This document shows, piece after piece, positions 40,042-50,292 of a DNA stretch of 64,000 bases. The stretch spans positions 1,696,001-1,760,000 of the forward strand of contig CBDFJQ010000002.1 in NCBI GenBank assembly GCA_965248575.1. The letters are read 5' to 3'. Below the pieces are notes generated by a model, which worked only from the letters and a program-made list of their open reading frames with translations, was not told where the DNA came from and did not search any database. The stretch is from Planctomycetota bacterium (GTDB lineage: Bacteria; Planctomycetota; B15-G4). Position 1 is the stretch's first letter, and every line of letters starts with the position of its first letter. The position numbers and the translations under genes are program-made.

Positions 40042-42080
40042 GCGCCACCGACGTTGACGCACTGACCAAGACGGCTGTGGGCAGCCGTGCCGACCGCAAC
40101 CTGTTGCGGCGCATGCTGGTCTTCGCACGCCCCCACATCGCGGCGCTGTCCGTCACGTTCAGCTTGCTGATCCTCAACATCGGGCTCGGCATTGCAAAGC
40201 CACTCATCCTCAAGGAAGTCATCGACGGCCCCTTGGAGACGGCCGTCGAAAGTCGGGGGACCACCGACTTCGACATCAACGCCCTGACCAGCTCCGTCAC
40301 CGGGTACGCGCTCCTGTTCCTCGGGGCCTCGCTGGTGCTGGCGGTGAGCCTGGTGCTGCTCGAGTGGATCATGAACCGCACCGGGCAGCGGGTGGTGTTC
40401 TCCATCCGGAACTGCGTGTTCCATCACCTGCTGCGCCTGCCCGTCTCCTGGTTCAACCGCCACAACGTAGGTTGGGTCGTCACGCGCAGCACGAGCGACA
40501 TCGACTCGCTGTCCGAGCTGTTCACCACGGGTGTGGCGACCATCGCCAAGGATCTGCTCTCGATCGTGGTCGTGATCTGCGTGCTGATCAGCATGTCGGC
40601 CAAGTTGTCCATCGTCGCCTTGCTGATCCTGCCGGTGATGATCCTCGTGACCTTCCGCTTCCGGCTCAAGGCGCGCATGGCGTACCGCGCCACGCGCAAG
40701 TCCCTCAGCCTCTTGAACGGTTTCCTCCAGGAACGCCTCACGGGGCTGGACGTCGTGCACCTCTTCCGCCGCGAGAAGAGCTCGTCGGAGTCCTTCGGGG
40801 AGTTCAACGAGCAGTACTACGAAGACAACATGGTCACGGTGCGGCACTTCTCGCTGTTCTTCCCCACCGTCGACACCCTCTCCCAGCTGGTCAAGATGGG
40901 CACGCTGATCTGGGCCAGCTGGCTGATCCTGCAGGGTGAGTTGAGCCTGGGCAGCTTCGTGGCCTTCTGGCTCCTGCTCGACTTCGTGTTCGAGCCCATC
41001 CGTGAGTTGGCCGAACGCTACAACGTGCTGCAGGCGGCCATGGCTGCAGGCGAACGGATCTTCGGCATCCTCGACGCTCCCACCGAAGAGGGCCAGGTCG
41101 CCATCGCGGCCACCATCGCCACGGTGGATGCCGAGAGCCGGGCCGATGGAGCGCCCGACCCCACGCAGCTGCGACTCTTCCACAAGCCCACGGCTGCCAC
41201 GGCACAGGCCATGGCACCGGCAACCACAGCTGAACCCGCCCTGAACGGTCACGGCGCCTCACCGGATCTGTCCAGGGAGGTCGAAGGCAACCGCCTGTCG
41301 TCCGACGCCGCGCTCTCCGCCGCGCAGGCCGGCACCAAGGCCGGGGCTCCCGGTATCGATTTCGACACCGTCTCCTTCTCCTATCCGGTGGGCGCGGACG
41401 TGCTCAGCGAGGTGTCCTTCCGGATCGAGCCCGGCCAGAAGGTCGCCGTCGTGGGACACACGGGCGCCGGCAAGACCACCTTGGTCAACCTGCTCTGCCG
41501 CTTCCACGAGACCGACCGGGGTGTGGTGCGCGTGGGCGGCACCGACGTGCGCGAGATTCCGCACACGGACCTGCGTCGGCGCATCGCCATCGTGCAGCAA
41601 GACGTCTTCCTCTTCAGTCAGAGCATCGCCGCCAACATTCGCATGGGCGACAAGTCCCTCAGCGATGAGCGCGTGCGGGCAGCGGCCACTGCGGTCAACG
41701 CCAACCGTTTCATCGACGCCCTGCCGGATGGCTACGGGACCGAGCTCCAGGAGCGCGGCAGCAACATCTCCTCCGGGCAGCGCCAGCTCGTGGCCTTCGC
41801 CCGGGCCCTGGCTGCAGACCCCGAGATCCTGGTGCTCGACGAAGCCACGTCCTCCGTGGACAGCGAGACGGAGCATTGGATCGAGGAAGCCACGGCCACA
41901 CTCATGCGTGGCCGCACGTCACTCGTCATCGCGCACCGGCTGTCCACCGTGGTGCGCGCCGACTGCATCCTGGTCATGCACAAGGGTGAGTTGCGTGAGG
42001 TGGGCACGCACGAAGAGCTCCTGGAAGCCGGCGGTCTCTATCACCGGCTCTACCACCTGCATCTCGCGGCCAGCTCCTGA
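40038..42080 (+). CDS. ABC exporter, fused TMD-NBD (heterodimer subunit 2)
   Basis: GHTGAGKT, ISSGQRQL, LDEATSSVD, IAHRLST. GTGA overlap with the upstream gene. Confidence 0.93.
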   Translation: MSATDVDALTKTAVGSRADRNLLRRMLVFARPHIAALSVTFSLLILNIGLGIAKPLILKEVIDGPLETAVESRGTTDFDINALTSSVTGYALLFLGASLVLAVSLVLLEWIMNRTGQRVVFSIRNCVFHHLLRLPVSWFNRHNVGWVVTRSTSDIDSLSELFTTGVATIAKDLLSIVVVICVLISMSAKLSIVALLILPVMILVTFRFRLKARMAYRATRKSLSLLNGFLQERLTGLDVVHLFRREKSSSESFGEFNEQYYEDNMVTVRHFSLFFPTVDTLSQLVKMGTLIWASWLILQGELSLGSFVAFWLLLDFVFEPIRELAERYNVLQAAMAAGERIFGILDAPTEEGQVAIAATIATVDAESRADGAPDPTQLRLFHKPTAATAQAMAPATTAEPALNGHGASPDLSREVEGNRLSSDAALSAAQAGTKAGAPGIDFDTVSFSYPVGADVLSEVSFRIEPGQKVAVVGHTGAGKTTLVNLLCRFHETDRGVVRVGGTDVREIPHTDLRRRIAIVQQDVFLFSQSIAANIRMGDKSLSDERVRAAATAVNANRFIDALPDGYGTELQERGSNISSGQRQLVAFARALAADPEILVLDEATSSVDSETEHWIEEATATLMRGRTSLVIAHRLSTVVRADCILVMHKGELREVGTHEELLEAGGLYHRLYHLHLAASS

Positions 42081-42122
42081 CCCACCCGGCCAAGCCGGTG
42101 AATGCCGGCGGTCCAGCGTCCG

Positions 42123-44387
42123 TCAGCCGTCGACGTAACCGAGCTCTTCCAGGCGCCGTCGGGTCTCCTCACTCAGGCCAGCCGCTTTGTCATCGGAGAC
42201 GCGCTGCCCCTCCAGTTCGGCACCGAAGCGTTGCAGGGTGTCCGCCAGACCCTGGCTGAGCGCCTCACGCTCGGTCGCCAGGTCGGTTTGTTCCTCCGGG
42301 TCTGCGCCCAGGTCGTAGAGCTGGATCGCGGTGTCCACGGGCCAACTCACCAGGGCAGCGGGGTCCCCGTGGATGACCTTCAGATCATCCGACAGGAGCG
42401 AGCGCATGAACCCGCGGTTGGAGTGCAGCTCGGAGAGCACCGGACTGCGCGCGCCCTCCCCGGTCAACATCAGGGAGCGCAAGCTCCGCCCCTGCATCCG
42501 CTGCGGGATGGGAACTCCCAGGAAGTCCAAGGCGGTGGGAGCCAGGTCCACCATGCTCACCCGGATCGGGATGCGCCTCGGCCCAGCCTGTGTCAGTGCG
42601 CCGGGCACGCGCACGATCAGCGGCACATGCAAGAGGCTCTGCCAGAGCGCCTGGGCGTGCCCGATGAACGGCTTGCCGTCCACGTCATGCTCGCCGAAAT
42701 CCTCCCCGTGGTCGGAGGTGATGATCACCACGGTGTGCTCTGCCAGGCCGCTCGATTCCAGCGTGGCGAAGAGCTCTCCCATCAGCGCATCCACCTCGTG
42801 GATGGCCCCGTCATAGAGGCGCAGGAGTTGGTCCCGTTCCTCAGCGTTGTAGGGGCGCTCGTGCTGGTCCGGCGGCTTGCGCAAGGGAACCACGCCTTCG
42901 CCCGGCCGAGGTGCACCGAACAGCAGGCGGTGCTTCAGGGTCGGTCGGTAATCGTGAATGGCGAAGGTCTGCAAGAACAAGAAGAAGGGCACGGACTGGT
43001 GCAGCTCGATCCACTCCAAGGCAGCGGACCAATGCTGCGCCCGGCGGGCCTCCACGTAGCGACTCCCCTCCTCGCTGGCCTGCACGGCTTTCACCTCCCA
43101 ACCGGCGATCGGCGCGACGGGATCACTGTTGCTATAGCCCTGGAAACCGTGGGCGAAGCCGAAGTCCGCGTCCAGATACCCGCCGCCCGTGAAGGCACGC
43201 GTGGCGTAGCCCTCGCGGCCCAGGATGTCCGCGAGCAAGGGCGTAGCGCCCGGGTCCAAGGCGTGGGCGGGGTGCTCTGCCCCGTGGGTCGACGGGTAGA
43301 GCCCCGAGAGCATGCTCGCGTGCGCAGGCAGTGTGTACGGCGCCGTGCTCTGTGCTGCTTCGAACACAAAGGACTGTTGGGCGAAGGCGTCGAGCTCGGG
43401 AGAGGTGTCCCGCTGCGCACCATAGATACCCAGATGATCGGGTCGCGTCGTGTCCAGGCTGATCAACACGAGGTTCGGACGACGCGCACCCAAAGTGCAA
43501 TGCCAGAAAGGGAGGCTCATGCCGACGCCCTCGCGGGCGAGCCCACCCTCGGGCCCCACGCAGCGAACCGCCAGCCGCACGCGTTGCCCAGACCCCAAGC
43601 TAAGCTCGCTGGCCAGCGAGATCTCCAACGGCTGCCAGGAGGCGCGGGACCAGTCCACCTGCTTGGACACCTCCGAGACGGCCAGGCCAGGGGCCCCTGC
43701 CAGCGGCAGGACGCGCACCAGGAGCTGAGTGCCCTCGACCGGCGGGAGCGACGGATCCAGGCGCGGGTCGGACACCACGTCGAAGTGCAGGGAGCGCGCC
43801 CCTTGAGGGACGTCCACCTCCCAGACACTTTCCTGCCCGGGCCGTAGGATCGTCGCGACCCGGTGATCTCCGAAGATGTTCACGGTTTGCCAACCCGGGA
43901 CATCCTGCACACCATCCTTCCGCGCCGTCGCCCAGCGACGCACCCTGAGACGTTCCAGCTGAACCTCTCCCCTCTGCAGCCGTACCTGCAGGTGCGCCAT
44001 GCCCTGGGTGGGCAGCAGCACGGCTCGCAGCACGCCTGGCTCGACCTCAGCGGGCAGCCTCGAAATCTTCGCTTTCGGCTCCCCGTTCGGCCCCTCTTCC
44101 GCAAACAGGACGGGACGTTCGCCGCGATAGGTCAGTTCGAGGGTGTACTCCCGGCCCTCGGGCAGCTCCAGGTCCGTATGCCAGGGGGCTCCTGGGCTCA
44201 CGCTTTCCTCGATCGAGAGATCGATCTGCGACTGCAGACTGCTCATGGGTGCCGCGTGGACGAGTGGAACCACGGACCGGATCCCTGCTGACTCTGCCTC
44301 GCTGCAAGCCGACCATCCCAGGCAGAACAGACCCACGACGCCGAGACGAAGCGTGGAAAGGAAGCAGATGCGGACGGCCTGTGGCAT
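42123..44387 (-). CDS. Sulfatase-like (alkaline phosphatase superfamily) lipoprotein
   Basis: Lipobox-like WSAC, PNLVLISLDTTRPDHL, TLPAHASMLSG (non-canonical), YDGAI...TSDHGE, LYDLGADPEE, LEELGY. Start taken at ATG 44387. Confidence 0.85.
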   Translation of the reverse strand: MPQAVRICFLSTLRLGVVGLFCLGWSACSEAESAGIRSVVPLVHAAPMSSLQSQIDLSIEESVSPGAPWHTDLELPEGREYTLELTYRGERPVLFAEEGPNGEPKAKISRLPAEVEPGVLRAVLLPTQGMAHLQVRLQRGEVQLERLRVRRWATARKDGVQDVPGWQTVNIFGDHRVATILRPGQESVWEVDVPQGARSLHFDVVSDPRLDPSLPPVEGTQLLVRVLPLAGAPGLAVSEVSKQVDWSRASWQPLEISLASELSLGSGQRVRLAVRCVGPEGGLAREGVGMSLPFWHCTLGARRPNLVLISLDTTRPDHLGIYGAQRDTSPELDAFAQQSFVFEAAQSTAPYTLPAHASMLSGLYPSTHGAEHPAHALDPGATPLLADILGREGYATRAFTGGGYLDADFGFAHGFQGYSNSDPVAPIAGWEVKAVQASEEGSRYVEARRAQHWSAALEWIELHQSVPFFLFLQTFAIHDYRPTLKHRLLFGAPRPGEGVVPLRKPPDQHERPYNAEERDQLLRLYDGAIHEVDALMGELFATLESSGLAEHTVVIITSDHGEDFGEHDVDGKPFIGHAQALWQSLLHVPLIVRVPGALTQAGPRRIPIRVSMVDLAPTALDFLGVPIPQRMQGRSLRSLMLTGEGARSPVLSELHSNRGFMRSLLSDDLKVIHGDPAALVSWPVDTAIQLYDLGADPEEQTDLATEREALSQGLADTLQRFGAELEGQRVSDDKAAGLSEETRRRLEELGYVDG

Positions 44388-44443
44388 GGTCGGTGAGTCT
44401 AACCGAGTCCTTGCACGCCCCACTCCAGACACCTCGCTGAGCC

Positions 44444-45742
44444 GTGCCCCTGTCCTTCCGATTCCGCGATCTCATGCCGGGCTTGCTCGTCGCAGCGACC
44501 GGCGTCGGCGCCGGCGACCTGATCACGGCGAGCCTGGCTGGCTCGGAGCTTGGACTGACCATCCTATGGGCCGCCGTCGCCGGTGCCGTGCTCAAGGCGC
44601 TGCTCAACGAAGGGCTGGCCCGCTGGCAGCTCGCCACCGGCACGACCTTGCTGGAGGGTTGGGTCAACCACCTTCCGCGCTTCGTGCGCTGGCTCTTCCT
44701 CGCGTATCTCCTGCTCTGGTCCTTCGTGGTGGGTGGCGCCCTGGTGAACGCCTGCGGCATCGCCGCCTCCGCCTGCATCCCGCTCTCCTTCTTGGGCGAC
44801 ACGGACCAGAGCCGCATCGTCTGGGGCGTGACACACAGCCTGCTCGGGCTTGCCCTCGTGCGCGCCGGGAGTTTCCGCGCGTTCGAACGGGTCATGGCGA
44901 TCTGCGTGGGCGCCATGTTCGTCTGCGTCTGCGTGACGGCCGTCTTGATGGAGCCCGACTGGGGCGCGGTGGGCTCGGGGCTGCTGACTCCCCGCGTCCC
45001 GCCCGGCGGCTTGGGCTGGGTGTTCGGCGTGCTGGGCGGCGTGGGCGGGACCGTCACGCTGCTGAGCTATGGGTACTGGATCCGCGAGCATGACCGACGA
45101 GATGTCAGCTCGCTCCCGCGCTGCCGCCTCGACCTGGGTGTGGCCTATGGCGTCACGGCACTCTTCGGTGTGGCCATGATCCTCATCGGCTCGCGCCTGG
45201 AGTTGGAGGGAAAGGGTGCTGGTGTGGCCCTGGCCCTGGCTGACCAGCTGGAGTCGGTGCTGGGCCCCGGCGGCCGGGCCCTCTTTCTCGCGGGCTTCTG
45301 GGGGGCGGTGTTCTCGAGCCTGCTGGGGGTCTTGCAGAGCGTGCCCTACCTCTTTGCGGATGCCTGGACGCTGCGACGGAAGCTACCCCGAGCGCCCTCG
45401 GCGACCGCCAGGCCAGCCCCCCCTCCGTCGTCGCCTGCCCAGCCTCCCGGCCCTGCACCCGATCGGCGTCAGAGCCGTGCCTACCGGGGTTTCTTGTGGG
45501 CCCTCGCGCTGCTGCCCCTACCGCTGCTGACCTGGTCCTTCCGGGAAGTCCAGCTGGCCTACGCCGTACTCGGCGCGCTCTTCATGCCCTTCTTGGCAGC
45601 CACCCTGCTGGCCATGAACACGCGCAGCGCCTGGGTGGGCGCCAAGCAGCGCAATGGCTTGGCTGTCAACGTGGGTCTCGCTCTCACCATCTGCTTCTTC
45701 GCGTGGCACGGCGTGCGCCAATTGCTGCAGCTCGGCAGCTAA
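44444..45742 (+). CDS. Nramp-superfamily (YcsG/MntH-like) transporter
   Basis: PGLLVAATGVGAGDL, NEGLARWQLATG and about 11 transmembrane segments. Lacks the canonical DPGN motif. Confidence 0.78.
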   Translation: MPLSFRFRDLMPGLLVAATGVGAGDLITASLAGSELGLTILWAAVAGAVLKALLNEGLARWQLATGTTLLEGWVNHLPRFVRWLFLAYLLLWSFVVGGALVNACGIAASACIPLSFLGDTDQSRIVWGVTHSLLGLALVRAGSFRAFERVMAICVGAMFVCVCVTAVLMEPDWGAVGSGLLTPRVPPGGLGWVFGVLGGVGGTVTLLSYGYWIREHDRRDVSSLPRCRLDLGVAYGVTALFGVAMILIGSRLELEGKGAGVALALADQLESVLGPGGRALFLAGFWGAVFSSLLGVLQSVPYLFADAWTLRRKLPRAPSATARPAPPPSSPAQPPGPAPDRRQSRAYRGFLWALALLPLPLLTWSFREVQLAYAVLGALFMPFLAATLLAMNTRSAWVGAKQRNGLAVNVGLALTICFFAWHGVRQLLQLGS

Positions 45743-45889
45743 TAGCGCTGGCCCGACGCGCTGCCCGATGTGCTGATTGGTCCCGCCTAGGTGGCGGGGT
45801 ATGCTTCTCGCGCAGTGCTGCAGACCCACTGAGCCCACCGAATCCACTGGCGGGGTAAGGCCCCCGGCGTCGCGCCGGACCAGAAGACC

Positions 45890-47338
45890 ATGCTCTTCAA
45901 CTCCCTGGACTTCGTGGTCTTCTTCCCGCTCATCGTGTGCGGGTTCTTCCTGTTGCCCCAGCGCTTCCGTTGGGCGCTGCTGCTGGGCGCCAGCTACTAC
46001 TTCTACATGTGCTGGAAGGCCGAGTACCTGCTGCTCATCCTGGCCTCCACGCTGATCGACTATGTGGCCGGGCTGCGCATGGGAGCCCACAAGGAACGGT
46101 CCGGGCGAAGACCGTGGCTGGTTCTCAGCCTCGTCTGCAACTTGGGGCTGCTGTTCGCCTTCAAGTACTGGAACTTCTTCAACGACTCGGCACGCTACTT
46201 GTTCAAGGAGTTCAACCTCCTGTACGACGTGCCGTCCTTCCAGTTGCTGCTCCCGGTTGGAATCAGCTTCTACACCTTCCAGACCCTCAGCTACTCGATC
46301 GACGTCTATCGGGGCCAGAAGGAGCCTGAGCGACACCTGGGCATCTTCGCCCTCTATGTGTCCTTCTTCCCCCAGCTGGTCGCCGGCCCCATCGAGCGTA
46401 GCGCGACGCTGCTTCCCCAGTTCCGGGTCAAGCAAAGCTGGCAGTGGCTGCGCGTCCGGGAGGGTCTGACCCAGATGCTGATCGGCTTCTTCAAGAAGCT
46501 GGTCATCGCCGACCGTCTCTCGCTGTACGTCGACGAGGTCTACGCCAATTCGGCGGAGTACCACGGGCTGCCCATGTGGACGGCCACCTACTTCTTCGCC
46601 ATCCAGGTCTACTGCGACTTCAGCGGCTACTCGGACATCGCCATCGGCGGGGCGCGGGTCATGGGCTTTGACCTCATGACCAACTTCAAGCGACCGTACT
46701 TGGCGGACAGCTTCAAGAGCTTCTGGGAGCGCTGGCACATCTCCCTCACTACGTGGTTCCGGGACTATGTGTACTTCCCCATGGGCGGCAGCCGGAAGGG
46801 CAAGCTGCGCACGCACCTGAACATGTTGGCGCTGTTCACCTTGTGCGGCCTGTGGCACGGCGCCCGCTGGAACTGCGTGCTCTGGGGCTCGGTCAACGGC
46901 GTCTTCCTGGTGGCAGGGCAACTGACAGGTGGGCTCCAGGACAAGCTCGCGCGGCTGAGCGGCCTCGCACGCCTTCCCTGGCTGCGCAAGCTGTTCAACG
47001 TGCTCGTCACCTTCAACCTGTTCGTGCTCTCGCTCATGATCTGGCGTTCCACCACGCTGCCGGACATGGCGTTCAACCTGCAGCAGGCCTTCACCGCCGG
47101 TTCCGACCCGTGGTTGATCACGAAGCCCATGCAGGCCTACGAGCTGAGCATCGCGTTGCTGGCGCTGGGCGCCCTTCTGGTCTACGAGATCGCCCAAGAG
47201 CGCAAGGACAGCGAACTCATCCGCGAGCTGAACGCTCGCAGCGCCTGGGTCCGTTGGCCCGTGTACTACGCTCTGATCTTCGGCGTCGCCCTCTTCGGCA
47301 TCTTCGAGCTGAAGGAATTCGTCTACTTCCAGTTCTGA
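45890..47338 (+). CDS. MBOAT family O-acyltransferase (AlgI/DltB/PatA-like)
   Basis: MLFNS, LPVGISFYTFQTLSY, FFPQLVAGPIER, YCDFSGYSDIAIG, FWERWHISLTTWFRDYVYFP, GLWHGA and terminal FVYFQF. Confidence 0.95.
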   Translation: MLFNSLDFVVFFPLIVCGFFLLPQRFRWALLLGASYYFYMCWKAEYLLLILASTLIDYVAGLRMGAHKERSGRRPWLVLSLVCNLGLLFAFKYWNFFNDSARYLFKEFNLLYDVPSFQLLLPVGISFYTFQTLSYSIDVYRGQKEPERHLGIFALYVSFFPQLVAGPIERSATLLPQFRVKQSWQWLRVREGLTQMLIGFFKKLVIADRLSLYVDEVYANSAEYHGLPMWTATYFFAIQVYCDFSGYSDIAIGGARVMGFDLMTNFKRPYLADSFKSFWERWHISLTTWFRDYVYFPMGGSRKGKLRTHLNMLALFTLCGLWHGARWNCVLWGSVNGVFLVAGQLTGGLQDKLARLSGLARLPWLRKLFNVLVTFNLFVLSLMIWRSTTLPDMAFNLQQAFTAGSDPWLITKPMQAYELSIALLALGALLVYEIAQERKDSELIRELNARSAWVRWPVYYALIFGVALFGIFELKEFVYFQF

Positions 47339-47403
47339 TCCTGCTCACCAACTCCACCACCTCCCCCGCTTTCATCTCTCGCCCCTATTCAAGGTAGCTC
47401 CTC

Positions 47404-48456
47404 ATGATGCGCGCTCTGTTTGGTCCCATGCTCTTCATCGTCCTGGGCGTCGCCATGGGCTATGGGCTGGATCGCGTGCGCCACGAACTCGCTCCGCCGG
47501 AGGACATCGACCTCGAGCGGGTCCGCATCGAGCGGCTGCTGCAGTACTCCGAGATCGTGAACACCCTCTCGGTCGGCAACTCCCACAGCCTCGCCGTGGA
47601 TCTCAAGGCACTGAATGAAAGCGGTGGCGGACGGAACGACGTCCGTGGCTACCACGTCTGGACCCGTGGCCAGGACCTGTTCGAACTCGAAGTGCAACTG
47701 CGCTACCTGCTGCCGCGGCTGCCCGAAGTCGACACCCTGCTCTTCGCCGTCTCGTACGGGAGCTTCCACCGTGACAATGGCGCCTCCACGGACGCCGAGC
47801 GCGGCATGGTGCGCAGCCTCTGGTACGCCTCCGCGCCGCACTACGGAATGATCGGCGTGGACACCGGCAACTACTTCAAGGGGCTCATGACCCACGGCCT
47901 CGTGACGCCCGACCACTGGCTCGGGGCCTTCGACGGTCTCAAGAAGCGGCTCGCGGGGAAGGAGAAACCCAAGCGGCTCTACGGCGAACTCATGAAGGGT
48001 GACGGCCAACTGGAGGTCGTCTCCGCCAAGAGCTTCCGGCCCCGATCCCACGAGGAGCTCACCCGCGAAGCCCGGGACACCGTGCTGCCCCGGCACCACC
48101 GCCTGCAGCAGAACATGGCGGAAAACAACCCGGACATGGAAGCGGACGCCGTGGCGTGCATGAAGCGGATCATCGAGTTGACCCAGGAGCAGGGAGTGCG
48201 CGTGCTCTTCTACACACCTCCCTACCACCCGGCCTATGCCTCGGGCTTCGACAGTGACACCAAGTCCGCCATGCGCGCTCACATGGCCCAGTTCGTCGAG
48301 ACGCTCGGCATCGAGTACCACGACTTCTCGGAAGACCCGGAGTTCACCCAGGACGCTGCCAACTTCGTGAACAGCGATCACATGAGCCCGGTGGGCTCCG
48401 CAGCGTTCAGCGGTCGCAGGCTCCGTCCGTTGCTCGAGGCCGCCCGCAAGCACTGA
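47404..48456 (+). CDS. Membrane-anchored SGNH/DltD-like protein, probable MBOAT partner
   Basis: N-terminal transmembrane helix, VGNSH (GxS), VLFYTPP and FVNSDHM (catalytic His-like motif). Adjacent to the MBOAT gene. Confidence 0.65.
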   Translation: MMRALFGPMLFIVLGVAMGYGLDRVRHELAPPEDIDLERVRIERLLQYSEIVNTLSVGNSHSLAVDLKALNESGGGRNDVRGYHVWTRGQDLFELEVQLRYLLPRLPEVDTLLFAVSYGSFHRDNGASTDAERGMVRSLWYASAPHYGMIGVDTGNYFKGLMTHGLVTPDHWLGAFDGLKKRLAGKEKPKRLYGELMKGDGQLEVVSAKSFRPRSHEELTREARDTVLPRHHRLQQNMAENNPDMEADAVACMKRIIELTQEQGVRVLFYTPPYHPAYASGFDSDTKSAMRAHMAQFVETLGIEYHDFSEDPEFTQDAANFVNSDHMSPVGSAAFSGRRLRPLLEAARKH

Positions 48457-48474
48457 CGCGGCTCGCGCACCCGC

Positions 48475-50292
48475 CTACTCGCGCAACAACCGGGTCAGGC
48501 TGAATGCACCGCTGGCGGGTACGTCCCTCATGCTTTGCCCTTGCGAACGGTCCGGCACCCGGCGCACCTTCCATGACAAGGGCTGGCTCATAGGGAGCAG
48601 TTCCCAGCCTTGCGCCGGAAGTTGCCAGCTTCCGCCCCGGAGCTCCTGCCAGAAGAAGGCGTGGGTGGCCACCAAGACCCGCCCCGACTCGCTGAAGATC
48701 TGCAGTGAGTACACCGCCTCGGGGTCGTCCTCGGCGAGCCATCGGAACTCGGGCGCCTCGCTCAGCTGCGCGCCGTCCTGCGGTGAGAGCAGCGTGAGCT
48801 CAGGCCGCTCGGGCACATGGGCCAGATCAGCCATGAGGCTGGCGTGCCAGCGATCGCCGGGCGCGAGCTCCGGCAAGAAGTCGGGCCGGAACTGGAACCA
48901 GAGCACCCCGGCGCCCAGCACGAGCGGCAGGCCCAAGGCCACGGGACGCAGGCGTCCCAAGCCGACGGACAGGCGATCACCCAGCGCCACGAGGCCCGCT
49001 GAAAACAAGATCGCCATGGGACCCAGGGCGGGGAACAGGTAGCGCGCGTGCGGCCCCTTCATCATGAAGTTGTAGCGCAGGGTCACCGCAAACACGATCA
49101 GCGCCACGCCCCCCAACAGGGCCACGACCATGGGTCGAGCATCGGTCGCCCCCAGCTCTCGCTCGGACTCCGCAACCGAGGGGCTCGGCCTCAACCAGCG
49201 CAGCACCCAACCGAAGAGCGCCAGCACGCTGAGCACCGCGCCGGACACCACGAGCCAACGCAGGGGCGGTTGGATCCACCACCCCATGTGCCCCACCAGG
49301 CTCGTGAAGACGTTGGGATAGAAGTGCTCGGTGATCCACTGATAGGCCTGCTCGGGGGGGACCCGGATGCGTTCGTGAAACGACACCTGGTGCACATCCA
49401 GTGCCATGAAGCTCCCGTAGAGTTCAAGATTGCGCAGGAAGAACCCAGCCGTGACAGCGGCGAGAGACCCCAAGGCCAGCAGCGCCGACCACAGCGTCTG
49501 TCGACGGGAGTCCTTCCAGGCCCAACAGCCCAACACGTAGACGCTGAACATCACCGGCAACAAGAAGAGCGCGGTCAACTTGGACATCACCGCCAGCCCG
49601 GCCAGCAGGCCCACGCCCACCCCCGTCGCAAGGCTCAAGCGCCGGCGCACCAAGGCCAGCGCCAGCAGCAACACCACCACGTGGCTCAGGGACGAGGCAG
49701 GGATGCCGTTGTTGATCACACCGTGCATGTACGACCACTTGGGGACGCACGCCAGGAGCACTGCGGCTAGATCGGCGATGACCGGTTTACCGGGAAAGGC
49801 GAGCCGGCCCAAGCGGTGGGTGGCGAAGACCGCCACCAGGCCGAACAACACGGACCAGAATCGCAGCATCCAGAGCAGCCGGATCTCAGGTGACACGGGC
49901 CAACGCTCGTCGTCTCCGTGCAGATACAGCAGGTGCAAGCCCGGGTCCTGTCCTTCCCAGTCCGCGAAGGCAGGGTTCCGTTTCAGGCTCGGCGTGGTGT
50001 CGCGGGCACCCAGCAGACGCATGGTCCCCGCAAGCAGGCCATAGTAGGCCGGCGGGTGATAGGCCTGGGTCGCCTCGTCCAACTTGGGCCGGCCCACCTC
50101 CTTCCATGTCCCACGAATGATGGGCAGCTCGCCGGTGTGGCTGATGTGGAAGGCGTAGCGCAGGTGGTCCCCCTCATCAGGGGCCTCGAATGCCGGCGTG
50201 ACGAAGAGGTATCCGAGCGACAGCACCCACTGACACAGCAGGGCGAAACACAAACCCTTGGGCAGCCCGCGCGACGACGCCCCCTCACTCAC
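48475..50292 (-). CDS. GT-C fold membrane glycosyltransferase (DUF2142-like)
   Basis: TPAFEAPDEGDH acidic loop, YHPPAYY, many transmembrane segments, ARYLFP and a C-terminal periplasmic beta domain. Start taken at GTG 50292, overlapping the upstream stop codon. Confidence 0.72.
   Translation of the reverse strand: MSEGASSRGLPKGLCFALLCQWVLSLGYLFVTPAFEAPDEGDHLRYAFHISHTGELPIIRGTWKEVGRPKLDEATQAYHPPAYYGLLAGTMRLLGARDTTPSLKRNPAFADWEGQDPGLHLLYLHGDDERWPVSPEIRLLWMLRFWSVLFGLVAVFATHRLGRLAFPGKPVIADLAAVLLACVPKWSYMHGVINNGIPASSLSHVVVLLLALALVRRRLSLATGVGVGLLAGLAVMSKLTALFLLPVMFSVYVLGCWAWKDSRRQTLWSALLALGSLAAVTAGFFLRNLELYGSFMALDVHQVSFHERIRVPPEQAYQWITEHFYPNVFTSLVGHMGWWIQPPLRWLVVSGAVLSVLALFGWVLRWLRPSPSVAESERELGATDARPMVVALLGGVALIVFAVTLRYNFMMKGPHARYLFPALGPMAILFSAGLVALGDRLSVGLGRLRPVALGLPLVLGAGVLWFQFRPDFLPELAPGDRWHASLMADLAHVPERPELTLLSPQDGAQLSEAPEFRWLAEDDPEAVYSLQIFSESGRVLVATHAFFWQELRGGSWQLPAQGWELLPMSQPLSWKVRRVPDRSQGQSMRDVPASGAFSLTRLLRE

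Noticed and set aside
38047..41252. Long minus-strand ORFs (693 aa and 535 aa)
   Set aside because: Antisense shadows of the ABC transporter genes.
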